Source: Coprobacillaceae bacterium
GTDB taxonomy: Bacteria; Bacillota_I; Bacilli_A; Erysipelotrichales; Coprobacillaceae
NCBI GenBank assembly: GCA_963675515.1
Contig: OY776328.1
Span: forward strand, 780,001-812,000
Length of the DNA stretch: 32,000 bases
Direction of reading: 5' to 3'
The position numbers and the translations under genes are program-made. Below, piece after piece: positions 1 through 15,088 of the stretch (its first letter is position 1; each line of letters starts with the position of its first letter). The notes beneath the pieces are model-generated. The model had not been told where the DNA came from. It did no database searches and saw only the letters and a program-made list of their open reading frames with translations.

Positions 1-27
1 AAATTCTGTTTAGTTTTGAGTGAACTG
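1..27 (+). other. rRNA spacer fragment identical to the start of the 16S-23S ITS
   Basis: 27/27 nt identical to 7205-7231, which lies about 50 nt after the 16S 3' end. This implies a 16S gene just upstream of the window. Confidence 0.6.
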
Positions 28-39
28 TAAACTCAACGA

Positions 40-147
40 TCTGGTAACGATGGCATGATGGACACACCTGTTCCCATCCCGAACACAGAAGTTAAGCATC
101 ATAACGGCGACGATAGTGCAATGTGCGACAATAGCAAGCTGCCAGTT
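40..147 (+). rRNA. rrf: 5S rRNA (copy a)
   Basis: TCTGGTAACGATGGC...CCTGTTCCCATCCCGAACACAGAAGTTAAGC...GCTGCCAGT. Identical to the copies at 3601 and 10385. The 5' and 3' ends pair as helix I. Confidence 0.85.
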
Positions 148-154
148 TGAAATC

Positions 155-177
155 AAGGACGTAAGTCCTTTTTTTTT
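155..177 (+). terminator. intrinsic terminator after 5S
   Basis: AAGGAC-GTAA-GTCCTT hairpin followed by a T run. Confidence 0.8.
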
Positions 178-194
178 GTTTTCCAGAACCACAC

Positions 195-223
195 AAAGGA
201 AAAGAACCGGCTCACGCCGGTTC
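195..223 (-). terminator. minus-strand hairpin plus T-rich tail facing the rRNA 3' end
   Basis: GAACCGGC-tcac-GCCGGTTC. On the minus strand it is followed by TTTTCCTTT. The same stem recurs after every 5S. Confidence 0.45.
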
Positions 224-405
224 AAGAAAGAGAGTTATTAGTTTGTTTTCATTTAAATAAGAGAGTTATTATATTTAGGAGAGAGATGTAAGGTTGGTGT
301 CCTTACACTTATAATATAATCCTCCAAGATGAACTAATTATTAACCGGGTGTGTCAAATTACGGAATAGGCACAAATTTTTGGGTCGATATTTTTGAAAA
401 AACAG

Positions 406-434
406 TTGACTAGGAATTGATGTTGTTGTATTAT
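406..434 (+). promoter_or_regulatory. sigma-A type promoter driving the stand-alone 23S-5S unit
   Basis: TTGACT (406-411), 17 nt spacer, TATTAT (429-434). The downstream leader CAAGTCGACTCAAGACGAGTCAC is identical to the leader of the 16S P2 promoter at 5475. Confidence 0.65.
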
Positions 435-463
435 ATTCAAGTCGACTCAAGACGAGTCACGAG

Positions 464-478
464 ATCATTGAAAACTGG
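464..478 (+). promoter_or_regulatory. boxA-like antitermination motif in the 23S leader
   Basis: ATCATTGAAAACTGG resembles the TTGAAAACT core of Gram-positive rrn boxA elements. It repeats at 7248 and, as a variant, at 5532. Confidence 0.4.
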
Positions 479-632
479 ATAATAATCGAAAGATAGAAAA
501 GAGATCGAGGAAATGAAAATTTCCAAAATTATAACCAGATAGATTTAAAACAATTTATGTGGTCTTTCTAGAAAAAGTCGAAAAAAAACTAAGAAAAAAC
601 TAAAACTAAAAAAGTTTAATCAAACACCAATA

Positions 633-3531
<2,899 letters not shown>

Positions 3532-3600
3532 AATTGGACAAAGACAAAAAGAACAATTCGATTATTATCTAGTTTTGAGTGATCTGATAAAACTCAACAA

Positions 3601-3708
3601 TCTGGTAACGATGGCATGATGGACACACCTGTTCCCATCCCGAACACAGAAGTTAAGCATCATAACGGCGACGATAGTGCAATGTGCGACAATAGCAAGC
3701 TGCCAGTT
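3601..3708 (+). rRNA. rrf: 5S rRNA (copy b)
   Basis: Identical to 40-147. Confidence 0.9.
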
Positions 3709-3715
3709 TGAAATC

Positions 3716-3738
3716 AAGGACGTAAGTCCTTTTTTTTT
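3716..3738 (+). terminator. intrinsic terminator after 5S
   Basis: AAGGAC-GTAA-GTCCTT plus T8. Confidence 0.8.
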
Positions 3739-3756
3739 ATGCCCGGAATCAGGGGC

Positions 3757-3785
3757 GAAAGAAAAGAACCGGCTTGGGCCGGTTC
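3757..3785 (-). terminator. minus-strand hairpin plus T-rich tail
   Basis: GAACCGGC-ttgg-GCCGGTTC. The minus strand continues TTTTCTTTC. Confidence 0.45.
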
Positions 3786-4127
3786 AAGGAAGAGAGTTTA
3801 TATTATTTAGGGAGAGAGATAAGGTTCAATTACCTTACAAGACAAATATACCCCAGTAAGATGAACTCCATATTAACCTGCAACCGCGAATTGTGTCAGA
3901 TCCGGTTCAGGTTCTTGAATTTGTACAGCATGTCTTTAAGCAGGAAAGAAATGATGACATCTGTCTTAGGAGTCTTTGGAGCGCAGTCCTAACCAAAATC
4001 AATGTTTGGATTAGGGGTCGTTTAAGACGGTTCTATGTAATGCAATCATAATATCAGATATGTCCCTATCCCACGGTTTTTTAGGGCCGTAATAAATGTT
4101 CGCTAATCTTAAGGTTATTTGATGGTG

Positions 4128-4156
4128 TTGACACACCATCCTTGCTGGCGTATGAT
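4128..4156 (+). promoter_or_regulatory. strong sigma-A promoter with a palindrome over the -35
   Basis: TTGACA (4128-4133), 17 nt spacer, TATGAT (4151-4156). A perfect 8-bp inverted repeat GATGGTGT/ACACCATC (4121-4140) is centred on the -35. Confidence 0.6.
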
Positions 4157-4313
4157 TTAGTAAAGACACCTGCTTGGAACTTTTTTTCTGGTGCAATTTT
4201 CAGTACTTTAATTCATATTATACATTGATGGTGAGCTTGAAAAGTTTTCAGTTTCATGCTTTTTCTAAAATCTATGAAGAATAGTTTCATTAGGAGTGAT
4301 AAGGGGGCTTAGT

Positions 4314-5258
4314 ATGAACCGCGGTGAAATAATCGACTGGTTGCTTGAAGGCGATGTCGCAATCCAATACCAGACCCACCGGGATCTGTTACATTCCAGC
4401 AATTCTATTTTGGAGGATTTGAAAAACAGGATTGCGACCCAGGGTTGGGGCAGCGAGTTTTTAAAAAGGCAGCACCCCGATGGCCATTGGGGCAAGGCGT
4501 TCTACCAGCCTAAGTGGACTTCGACCAATTACACCTTGCTTGATCTCAAAAATCTCTCGATTCATGGCTTGCCGGAGATAACCAAAGCCATAAATGATGT
4601 GACGCTCTACTGCAAGGGAGAAGATGGCGGCATCAACGGCTTTGTCGGAGTCAAGGAAAGTGATCTTTGCATCAACGGCATGTTTTTGAATTACGCCTGT
4701 TATTTCAAGATCGATCAGGACAGCTTGTTGTCGGTTATCGACTTTGTGATCAGTCAGCAGATGGCTGATGGGGGCTTCAACTGCCGGCTGAACCGCTATG
4801 GTGCCAGACACAGTTCGATGCATACGACTCTCAATGTCCTAGAAGGTATCCATGAATACATCAGCCAGGGCTACACTTACCGGGTGGATGAATTGATTGC
4901 AATCGAAGGACAGGCCCAGGAGTTCCTGTTGATGCATCGGCTGTTCAAGTCCGACCGGACTGGAAAAGTAATCAATCAGGGAATGCTCAAGCTTGCCTAT
5001 CCGACCAGATGGCGATACGACATCCTTAGGGCTCTTGATTATTTTCGCGGCTGTGGTATTCCTTATGATCCGAGGATGCAGGATGCCTTGGATGTCATCA
5101 TCAAGAAGCGCACAGGGGATGGGCGCTGGAAAATTCCGGCCCATTATCCTGGAACTGCTGTTCACTTCGATATGGAACAACCAGGTAAGCCAAGCCGCTG
5201 GAACACACTGCGGGCTTTAAGGGTCCTTGAATACTACCAATCCGGTTTTCAACTCTGA
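4314..5258 (+). CDS. alpha/alpha-toroid (prenyltransferase / terpene-cyclase-like repeat) protein of unknown function
   Basis: ATG at 4314 preceded by AAGGGGG. The track's 4296 GTG start overlaps the SD. Four spaced DG-aromatic repeats: PDGHWG, EDGGINGF, ADGGFNC, GDGRWK. Confidence 0.6.
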   Translation: MNRGEIIDWLLEGDVAIQYQTHRDLLHSSNSILEDLKNRIATQGWGSEFLKRQHPDGHWGKAFYQPKWTSTNYTLLDLKNLSIHGLPEITKAINDVTLYCKGEDGGINGFVGVKESDLCINGMFLNYACYFKIDQDSLLSVIDFVISQQMADGGFNCRLNRYGARHSSMHTTLNVLEGIHEYISQGYTYRVDELIAIEGQAQEFLLMHRLFKSDRTGKVINQGMLKLAYPTRWRYDILRALDYFRGCGIPYDPRMQDALDVIIKKRTGDGRWKIPAHYPGTAVHFDMEQPGKPSRWNTLRALRVLEYYQSGFQL

Positions 5259-5382
5259 TGATCGGATTTTTTTATTCCCTAATCTTTGCGCAAGTGACAT
5301 TGAAGACTCGCTGAAATGGCGGTTCTCAATCATACATTTGGTCAAGAGAAGCAAATAAATTAAAAAAACCGACCGTTTCCTC

Positions 5383-5411
5383 TTGCTAAAGAGGATTATT
5401 CATGATATAAT
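5383..5411 (+). promoter_or_regulatory. rrn promoter P1 (extended -10)
   Basis: TTGCTA, 17 nt spacer, TATAAT (5406-5411), with TGa immediately upstream of the -10. Confidence 0.6.
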
Positions 5412-5474
5412 AATTGAGCGCCAAAAAGCAAACGGCGCATGATAGACAGCTGGATAAAAAAGTTGAAAAAGTTA

Positions 5475-5503
5475 TTGACTTAACAGTCCGGATGTTGTAA
5501 GAT
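5475..5503 (+). promoter_or_regulatory. rrn promoter P2
   Basis: TTGACT, 17 nt spacer, TAAGAT. Its architecture and downstream leader are the same as the promoter at 406. Confidence 0.65.
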
Positions 5504-5531
5504 AATCAAGTCGACTCAAGACGAGTCACAG

Positions 5532-5549
5532 TTCATTGAAAACTAAACA
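5532..5549 (+). promoter_or_regulatory. boxA-like motif in the 16S leader
   Basis: TTCATTGAAAACTAAACA. Confidence 0.4.
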
Positions 5550-5626
5550 GAATTAAAAACACAACGTCAATTATTCAATAAGAATAAAGATTTAAAAAGA
5601 GCTAAACAAACATTATTGTTTACATA

Positions 5627-7155
<1,529 letters not shown>

Positions 7156-7247
7156 AAGGAGAACCGTTCAACTTGTCGGTTGGACAAAAGCAAAAGTTGT
7201 GAAGAAATTCTGTTTAGTTTTGAGTGAACTGAGAGGTTACTCAAGAG

Positions 7248-7262
7248 ATCATTGAAAACTGG
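7248..7262 (+). promoter_or_regulatory. boxA-like motif in the 16S-23S ITS
   Basis: ATCATTGAAAACTGG, identical to 464-478. Confidence 0.4.
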
Positions 7263-7415
7263 ATAATAATCGAAAGATAGAAAAGAGATCGAGGAAATGA
7301 AAATTTCCAAAATTATAACCAGATAGATTTAAAACAATTTATGTGGTCTTTCTAGAAAAAGTCGAAAAAAAACTAAGAAAAACTAAAACTAAAAAAGTTT
7401 AATCAAACACCAATA

Positions 7416-10314
<2,899 letters not shown>

Positions 10315-10384
10315 AATTGGACAAAGACAACAAACAACAATTCGATTATTATCTAGTTTTGAGTGATCTGATAGAACTCAACAA

Positions 10385-10492
10385 TCTGGTAACGATGGCA
10401 TGATGGACACACCTGTTCCCATCCCGAACACAGAAGTTAAGCATCATAACGGCGACGATAGTGCAATGTGCGACAATAGCAAGCTGCCAGTT
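10385..10492 (+). rRNA. rrf: 5S rRNA (copy c)
   Basis: Identical to 40-147. Confidence 0.9.
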
Positions 10493-10499
10493 TGAAATC

Positions 10500-10521
10500 A
10501 AGGACGTAAGTCCTTTTTTTT
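10500..10521 (+). terminator. intrinsic terminator after 5S
   Basis: AAGGAC-GTAA-GTCCTT plus T run. Confidence 0.8.
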
Positions 10522-10540
10522 ATTGCCCGGAATCAGGGGC

Positions 10541-10569
10541 AAAAGAAAAGAACCGGCATGCGCCGGTTC
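10541..10569 (-). terminator. minus-strand hairpin plus T-rich tail
   Basis: GAACCGGC-atgc-GCCGGTTC. The minus strand continues TTTTCTTTTGC. Confidence 0.45.
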
Positions 10570-10679
10570 AAAAAGAGAGTACAACAAGTCAGAAGTAATT
10601 AATAAGGAGTACCTTATGTAAAGATATTAGCACTCATTTGTGAACTAAATGTTAAATGTGGAATAATATGGCAAATAGT

Positions 10680-10708
10680 TTGCATCAATTCAATAGTGCT
10701 ATTATAAT
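10680..10708 (+). promoter_or_regulatory. sigma-A promoter
   Basis: TTGCAT, 17 nt spacer, TATAAT (10703-10708), 27 nt before the ATG at 10735. Confidence 0.6.
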
Positions 10709-10734
10709 GGAACTAGAAAAGAGGAGGATGATTC

Positions 10735-11334
10735 ATGACAAAATTCTATGTGGTGCGCCACGGCGAGACACTTTTCAACCGTAAAGACAAGGTCCAGGGA
10801 GCCTGCGATTCCCCGCTGACTAGTAAGGGTATCGCGCAGGCGGAGGCCATCATCGACCAGATTGGAAAAATCGAATTTGATGGGGTTTACTCTTCAATCA
10901 GCGAACGGGCATTCGATACCGCAACGATTATCACAGCGGGAAAATATGAAATAAATATCACCAAAAAGATCAAGGAAATGAATTTCGGCAATCTTGAAGG
11001 CGAGGACAACGGAGCTTTGATGAAACCAGAACACGGCGGTGACTGGATGAAGACATTCGAAGAAGGATTCGAGTATGCTGGCGGGGAAAGTTTCCAACAG
11101 TTGCACAAACGTCTGATCGATTTCATCGACGAGGTGGCAAAGGTCCATCCTGAAGGCAATGTCCTGCTTGTGTCACATGGCATGGTCATCACTTCGCTGG
11201 GGCTGATCGCCGACTATGATTACACATCTTCGTATCTGCGTTCGGGAAATTCCATCGATAACTGCTCGATTTCCACATTCGTCTATGACGGAAATCTTAA
11301 AATCCAGGAGTTGAACCGGAAAACCTTAGTATAA
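10735..11334 (+). CDS. histidine phosphatase family (phosphoglycerate-mutase-like) protein
   Basis: N-terminal VRHGET motif and downstream LVSHG motif. GAGGAGG Shine-Dalgarno. Confidence 0.8.
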   Translation: MTKFYVVRHGETLFNRKDKVQGACDSPLTSKGIAQAEAIIDQIGKIEFDGVYSSISERAFDTATIITAGKYEINITKKIKEMNFGNLEGEDNGALMKPEHGGDWMKTFEEGFEYAGGESFQQLHKRLIDFIDEVAKVHPEGNVLLVSHGMVITSLGLIADYDYTSSYLRSGNSIDNCSISTFVYDGNLKIQELNRKTLV

Positions 11335-11345
11335 ACAAAAAAGAG

Positions 11346-11393
11346 GCTGTAACGAATAAAGGTTTTTAACCTTTGCTCGTTGCAGCTTTTTTT
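11346..11393. terminator. bidirectional intrinsic terminator
   Basis: GCTGTAACGA (11346-11355) pairs with TCGTTGCAGC (11377-11386). An inner AAAGGTT/AACCTTT stem sits in the loop. An A tract precedes it and T7 follows. Confidence 0.7.
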
Positions 11394-11511
11394 CTGTCAA
11401 AAATGATTTTTAATGAATTTAGGCAAATCAAAAAATGGAAGATTAGTTTCCACGGTTTAAGGGCATGTTTAAAAAATCATTTCAAATAATGGGTTTTGGT
11501 TTTAGATTTTC

Positions 11512-13098
11512 CTAAACAATCAGCCTTTGTTTTCTATTCTTTTTATTGTGAAATTTCATAAGGTTGAACCCTAGAGCTACCAAATACAGCTCGATTTTGA
11601 CACTTTTAGCACCACGTCGTCTCAAACGGGTATATTTTATGTCTTCTTTGATGACTCCGAAGGCTCCCTCAACTTGGATGCTTCTCTGCCTTTTCAGTTC
11701 CTTGCCAAACTCAGTGGAAAGATTTTTATCGACTTCACTGTGGAATTCTTCAAGAACCGAATTTCGTCGCAATTTCCTTTCAACCACCGATTTGGTGCAC
11801 AGTGACATATTGGAACAGTCACTGCAGCCTTGGCATCGGTAATTGGCTGTTATCTGGATATACTTACCTTTGGTTTCATAACTGTCATCTACGTACTGAT
11901 CAAAGACATTGCCTTCAGGGCAAATTTTGTAGCCTTCCTCATTTTCTGGCCAGTTGATTGAGTTGTAGATCCTCTTCTTGAATTTGGAATCATGTTTCTT
12001 TGCGTACATATTGTACTTCATGCTCAAATTCATCCCACTTTCCAGGCAGTAGAAATAATTTTCATAGCTTCCATAACCGGCATCGCCAACTGGCCACTTA
12101 GGAAGAAATCCGTATTTCTCCTTGTAGGACTTCATAAAGGGAATAAAGGTCTTCACGTCACCAGGATTGGGATAAACGTCTAGATGGACGATATATTCAT
12201 CACTGACTCCTAGCTGAAGATTGTAGCCTGGCTTGAATACTCCGGTTTGGTTATAGTAGTCGTATTTCATGTTCATCATTGTGGCATCATGATCGGTTTT
12301 GGAATAGCTGTTCCTCTCACCACAAATCTCCAACTTCTCTTCGTATTCAAACAATTTGATGAAATACTCCAAGATTTTATCATAAGCCGACTGCACCTTG
12401 GTTTTCCGTTTACCCTTGCCATATACAATCTCGATATTCTCACTGACCATGTGCTCCATGAGGTCATCAGCGATTTCTCCTACATAATCCGATTGGTAAT
12501 TTGGTGCAGCCTGATAGTCGGTAAAACCAAGACCAGCCAAGTCCGATATCGCTTCAGTTATTTTTAGATAAAGCTTGTCCCGGTTGGTTAATACTGCTTT
12601 CTTCCAGACGAAACTTGTCTTTCTGGCATTGGCTTCTATTTTAGTTCCGTCGATATAAATAATCGAGGTATCTACTTCCTCGAGCTTGACTATTTCTTTT
12701 GTGATATCATAAAAAATATCTTCTATTTTCAAAGCTAAACGGTTATTGATAAAACGCTGAAAAGCCATATGAGATGGTCTTTCCTCGTTCGATAACCACA
12801 TATACCTAATATCAAATTTGCACAAATCCTCAAGGTCACGAAGACTGGGATTACCGTTCATAAACGCAAACAATAAAACTTGCAACATCATATCAGGGTC
12901 GTAGCCCTTGTTACCTCTTTGACAGTTATCTGAAAAATACTTTCTAGTGTCAATTCCTCTCATAATCTCTACGAATGATGTCACTGGATCGTCAATTGGT
13001 AAAATAATATCAATATCCAGTGGAAGTTTGAATTGAAATGCGCTATAATTACCACTGTACTTGGGGTAATTGGACTCCAACATTTCGATGTTTAACAT
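11512..13098 (-). CDS. IS1182-family transposase
   Basis: N-terminal YDPDMMLQVLLFAFMNG..SLRDLE..C..DIRYMWL block and C-terminal RQRSIQVEGAFGVIKED...RRRG block are typical of IS1182/IS5-like DDE transposases. Family call is from memory. Confidence 0.7.
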   Translation of the reverse strand: MLNIEMLESNYPKYSGNYSAFQFKLPLDIDIILPIDDPVTSFVEIMRGIDTRKYFSDNCQRGNKGYDPDMMLQVLLFAFMNGNPSLRDLEDLCKFDIRYMWLSNEERPSHMAFQRFINNRLALKIEDIFYDITKEIVKLEEVDTSIIYIDGTKIEANARKTSFVWKKAVLTNRDKLYLKITEAISDLAGLGFTDYQAAPNYQSDYVGEIADDLMEHMVSENIEIVYGKGKRKTKVQSAYDKILEYFIKLFEYEEKLEICGERNSYSKTDHDATMMNMKYDYYNQTGVFKPGYNLQLGVSDEYIVHLDVYPNPGDVKTFIPFMKSYKEKYGFLPKWPVGDAGYGSYENYFYCLESGMNLSMKYNMYAKKHDSKFKKRIYNSINWPENEEGYKICPEGNVFDQYVDDSYETKGKYIQITANYRCQGCSDCSNMSLCTKSVVERKLRRNSVLEEFHSEVDKNLSTEFGKELKRQRSIQVEGAFGVIKEDIKYTRLRRRGAKSVKIELYLVALGFNLMKFHNKKNRKQRLIV

Positions 13099-13104
13099 AG
13101 TCTA

Positions 13105-13113
13105 ATTATACCA
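13105..13113 (-). promoter_or_regulatory. extended -10 promoter for the transposase, probably giving a leaderless mRNA
   Basis: The minus strand reads TGGTATAAT, then 6 nt (TAGACT), then the ATG at 13098. No Shine-Dalgarno is present. Confidence 0.4.
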
Positions 13114-13154
13114 AAAAATGCACCTAAACTCATTATGAGTCAGGTGCATTTTTT
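13113..13154. terminator. bidirectional hairpin terminator
   Basis: A6, ATGCACCT, 16-nt loop, AGGTGCAT, T6. On the minus strand it lies about 50 nt after the ptsI stop and just upstream of the transposase promoter. Confidence 0.65.
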
Positions 13155-13204
13155 ACATTTCAGGGAACTATTCAAATTAATGCGTTACAGCCCCTTTTGT
13201 TTTC

Positions 13205-14914
13205 TTAAATTGCTACTTTTTCTTCAACCAAAGCGATAACTTCATCCATGGTTCCTTTAGTCAAAGCTTCCGCAGCTAATTGCTCCATGTCAGCTTTTGA
13301 TAATGAACGGATCAGTTTTCTTTGAGAAAGAATTGAAGTTGCCGACATTGAGAATTCATCCAATCCCAATCCTAACAACAATGGAGCCGCCAGAGGTTCA
13401 CCGGCCATTTCTCCACACATACCAGCCCATTTACCGTTGGCATGAGCAGCTTCGATAACACCTTTGACCAGTTTCAGGATAGCAGGGTTGAATGGTTGGT
13501 ACAGGTAGTTGATTGAATTTGACATACGGTCAGCAGCGAATGTGTATTGAACCAAGTCATTTGTCCCAACTGAGAAGAAGTCAACTTCTTTCGCGAACTG
13601 ATCAGCGTTGACAGCTGCGGCAGGGATCTCGATCATTATACCGACTTGGTAGTTGTCAGAAATTGCGAATCCAGCGGCTTTCAGGCTAGCTTCTTCTTCT
13701 TTCAACATCGCTTTGGCTTTGCGGAATTCTTCCAAAGTTGCAATCATTGGGAACATGATTCGCAAATCACCATATGTTGAAGCACGAAGCAACGCTCTTA
13801 ATTGAGTTCTGAAGATTTCAGGCTTTTCGAAACAAAGACGGATCGCACGAACACCTAAGAATGGGTTCATTTCATGAGGCATGTCGATTGCGGCGATTTC
13901 CTTGTCACCACCGATATCCAAAGTACGGACAACAACAGGTTTACCTTTCATTGTTTCCAACACTTCCTTATAAACTTCGAATTGTTGGTCTTCAGTAGGC
14001 AAGGCTGCAGATTCCATGTAAAGGAATTCAGTACGGAACAATCCGACACCTTCACCACCGTTGGCGATTACTGATTCCAAGTCGCTGATTGAACCGATGT
14101 TGGCAACCAATTCAACGTGATGACCGTCAGTCGATTCAGTCTTTTCGTTTACCAATTTTTTCAGTTCGTTGCGCTCTGCGATGTAGGCATCACGTTTGGC
14201 AGTGTATTCTTCGATAACCTCTTCGCTAGGGTTAACGAGTACGATTCCTTCTTTACCATCAAGAACGATCATATCTCCGTCTTTGACATCTTCGGTGATA
14301 GTTTTGCATGCAACTACCGCCGGGATTTCCAAAGAGCGGGCCATGATAGCCGAGTGAGAAGTTCTTCCCCCGATGTTTGTCGCGAAACCGCGTACCAGGT
14401 TCTTGTTCAATTGAGCTGTGTCAGAAGGAGTCAGGTCATCGGCGATGACAACAACTTCTTCAGAAATCAATGCAGGGTTAGGCAAAGACTTACCTAAGAT
14501 ATTTGCAAGCAAACGGCGAGAAACGTCTTTGATGTCGGCGGCTCTTTCTTTGAAATAAGCATCGTCCATAGATTCGAACATCATCACGAACATTTTGGCA
14601 ACTTCATCAGTCGCATAAGCAACGTTCACTTTTTCGTTTTTGATTTTGTCTTCGATTTGTGATTTCAATTCAGGGTCAGCTAAAACTAACGCATGAGCAT
14701 CAAATACCGCAGCTTCTTCAGCCGACAGGTTTTTAGATGCAGCTTCCTTAATTGCCGCTAATTGTGTAGCTGTTACTTCCATCGCTTCTTTAAGTTTTGC
14801 GAGTTCTCCAGCCACATCAGCAACACCAGTTTTTTCAACACTTAAGTCTGGCATGACTAATTTGTAAGCTTTTGCAATCGCAATCCCGTTTGAAGCTCCA
14901 ATTCCTTTAATCAT
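13205..14914 (-). CDS. ptsI: phosphoenolpyruvate-protein phosphotransferase (PTS enzyme I)
   Basis: [18 protein letters not shown]-terminus, [20 protein letters not shown] active-site His region, and a C-terminal PEP-utilising domain. Confidence 0.95.
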   Translation of the reverse strand: MIKGIGASNGIAIAKAYKLVMPDLSVEKTGVADVAGELAKLKEAMEVTATQLAAIKEAASKNLSAEEAAVFDAHALVLADPELKSQIEDKIKNEKVNVAYATDEVAKMFVMMFESMDDAYFKERAADIKDVSRRLLANILGKSLPNPALISEEVVVIADDLTPSDTAQLNKNLVRGFATNIGGRTSHSAIMARSLEIPAVVACKTITEDVKDGDMIVLDGKEGIVLVNPSEEVIEEYTAKRDAYIAERNELKKLVNEKTESTDGHHVELVANIGSISDLESVIANGGEGVGLFRTEFLYMESAALPTEDQQFEVYKEVLETMKGKPVVVRTLDIGGDKEIAAIDMPHEMNPFLGVRAIRLCFEKPEIFRTQLRALLRASTYGDLRIMFPMIATLEEFRKAKAMLKEEEASLKAAGFAISDNYQVGIMIEIPAAAVNADQFAKEVDFFSVGTNDLVQYTFAADRMSNSINYLYQPFNPAILKLVKGVIEAAHANGKWAGMCGEMAGEPLAAPLLLGLGLDEFSMSATSILSQRKLIRSLSKADMEQLAAEALTKGTMDEVIALVEEKVAI

Positions 14915-15006
14915 TTCATTACCTCCATATAATATGGTTCTATTCTAACTTATTTGACTCAAAAAATCTATAATTTTTCTAAGAAAATGGCGATGTAAAC
15001 GGATAG

Positions 15007-15025
15007 ATTTTCATTTTATGAAAAT
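15007..15025. promoter_or_regulatory. palindromic candidate operator in the ptsI-nagB divergent region
   Basis: ATTTTCAT-ttt-ATGAAAAT, perfect 8-bp arms, immediately upstream of the nagB -35. Confidence 0.35.
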
Positions 15026-15038
15026 ATCATTTTATTTA

Positions 15039-15067
15039 TTGAAAATAGAAATGGTTTATTGTATTAT
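15039..15067 (+). promoter_or_regulatory. nagB promoter
   Basis: TTGAAA, 17 nt spacer, TATTAT. Confidence 0.5.
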
Positions 15068-15088
15068 TAGGCTGTGGAGGAAGCTAAG

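Larger units (their letters stand above)
11394..13182 (-). mobile_element. IS1182-family-like insertion sequence (ends approximate)
   Basis: A single 528-aa DDE transposase gene fills the gap between two convergent genes. An imperfect 16-nt direct repeat flanks it (11378-11393 and 13183-13198). No clean terminal inverted repeats were found by eye. Confidence 0.5.

Noticed and set aside
3677-4196. ORFs 3677-3859, 3774-3992 (+) and 4011-4196 (-) in the 5S-to-CDS spacer
   Set aside because: The first overlaps the 5S and its terminators. The second has no SD and lies in the region homologous to the noncoding flank of 5S(a). The minus-strand ORF spans the strong plus-strand promoter at 4128-4156 and has no SD. 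A decayed gene remnant cannot be excluded.
11344-13193. GAGGCTGTAACG / CGTTACAGCCCC considered as terminal inverted repeats of the IS1182-like element
   Set aside because: That would leave only about 20 nt of native intergenic DNA and no terminator for two convergent genes, and no direct target duplication flanks these ends. The motif is better explained as arms of the native terminator.
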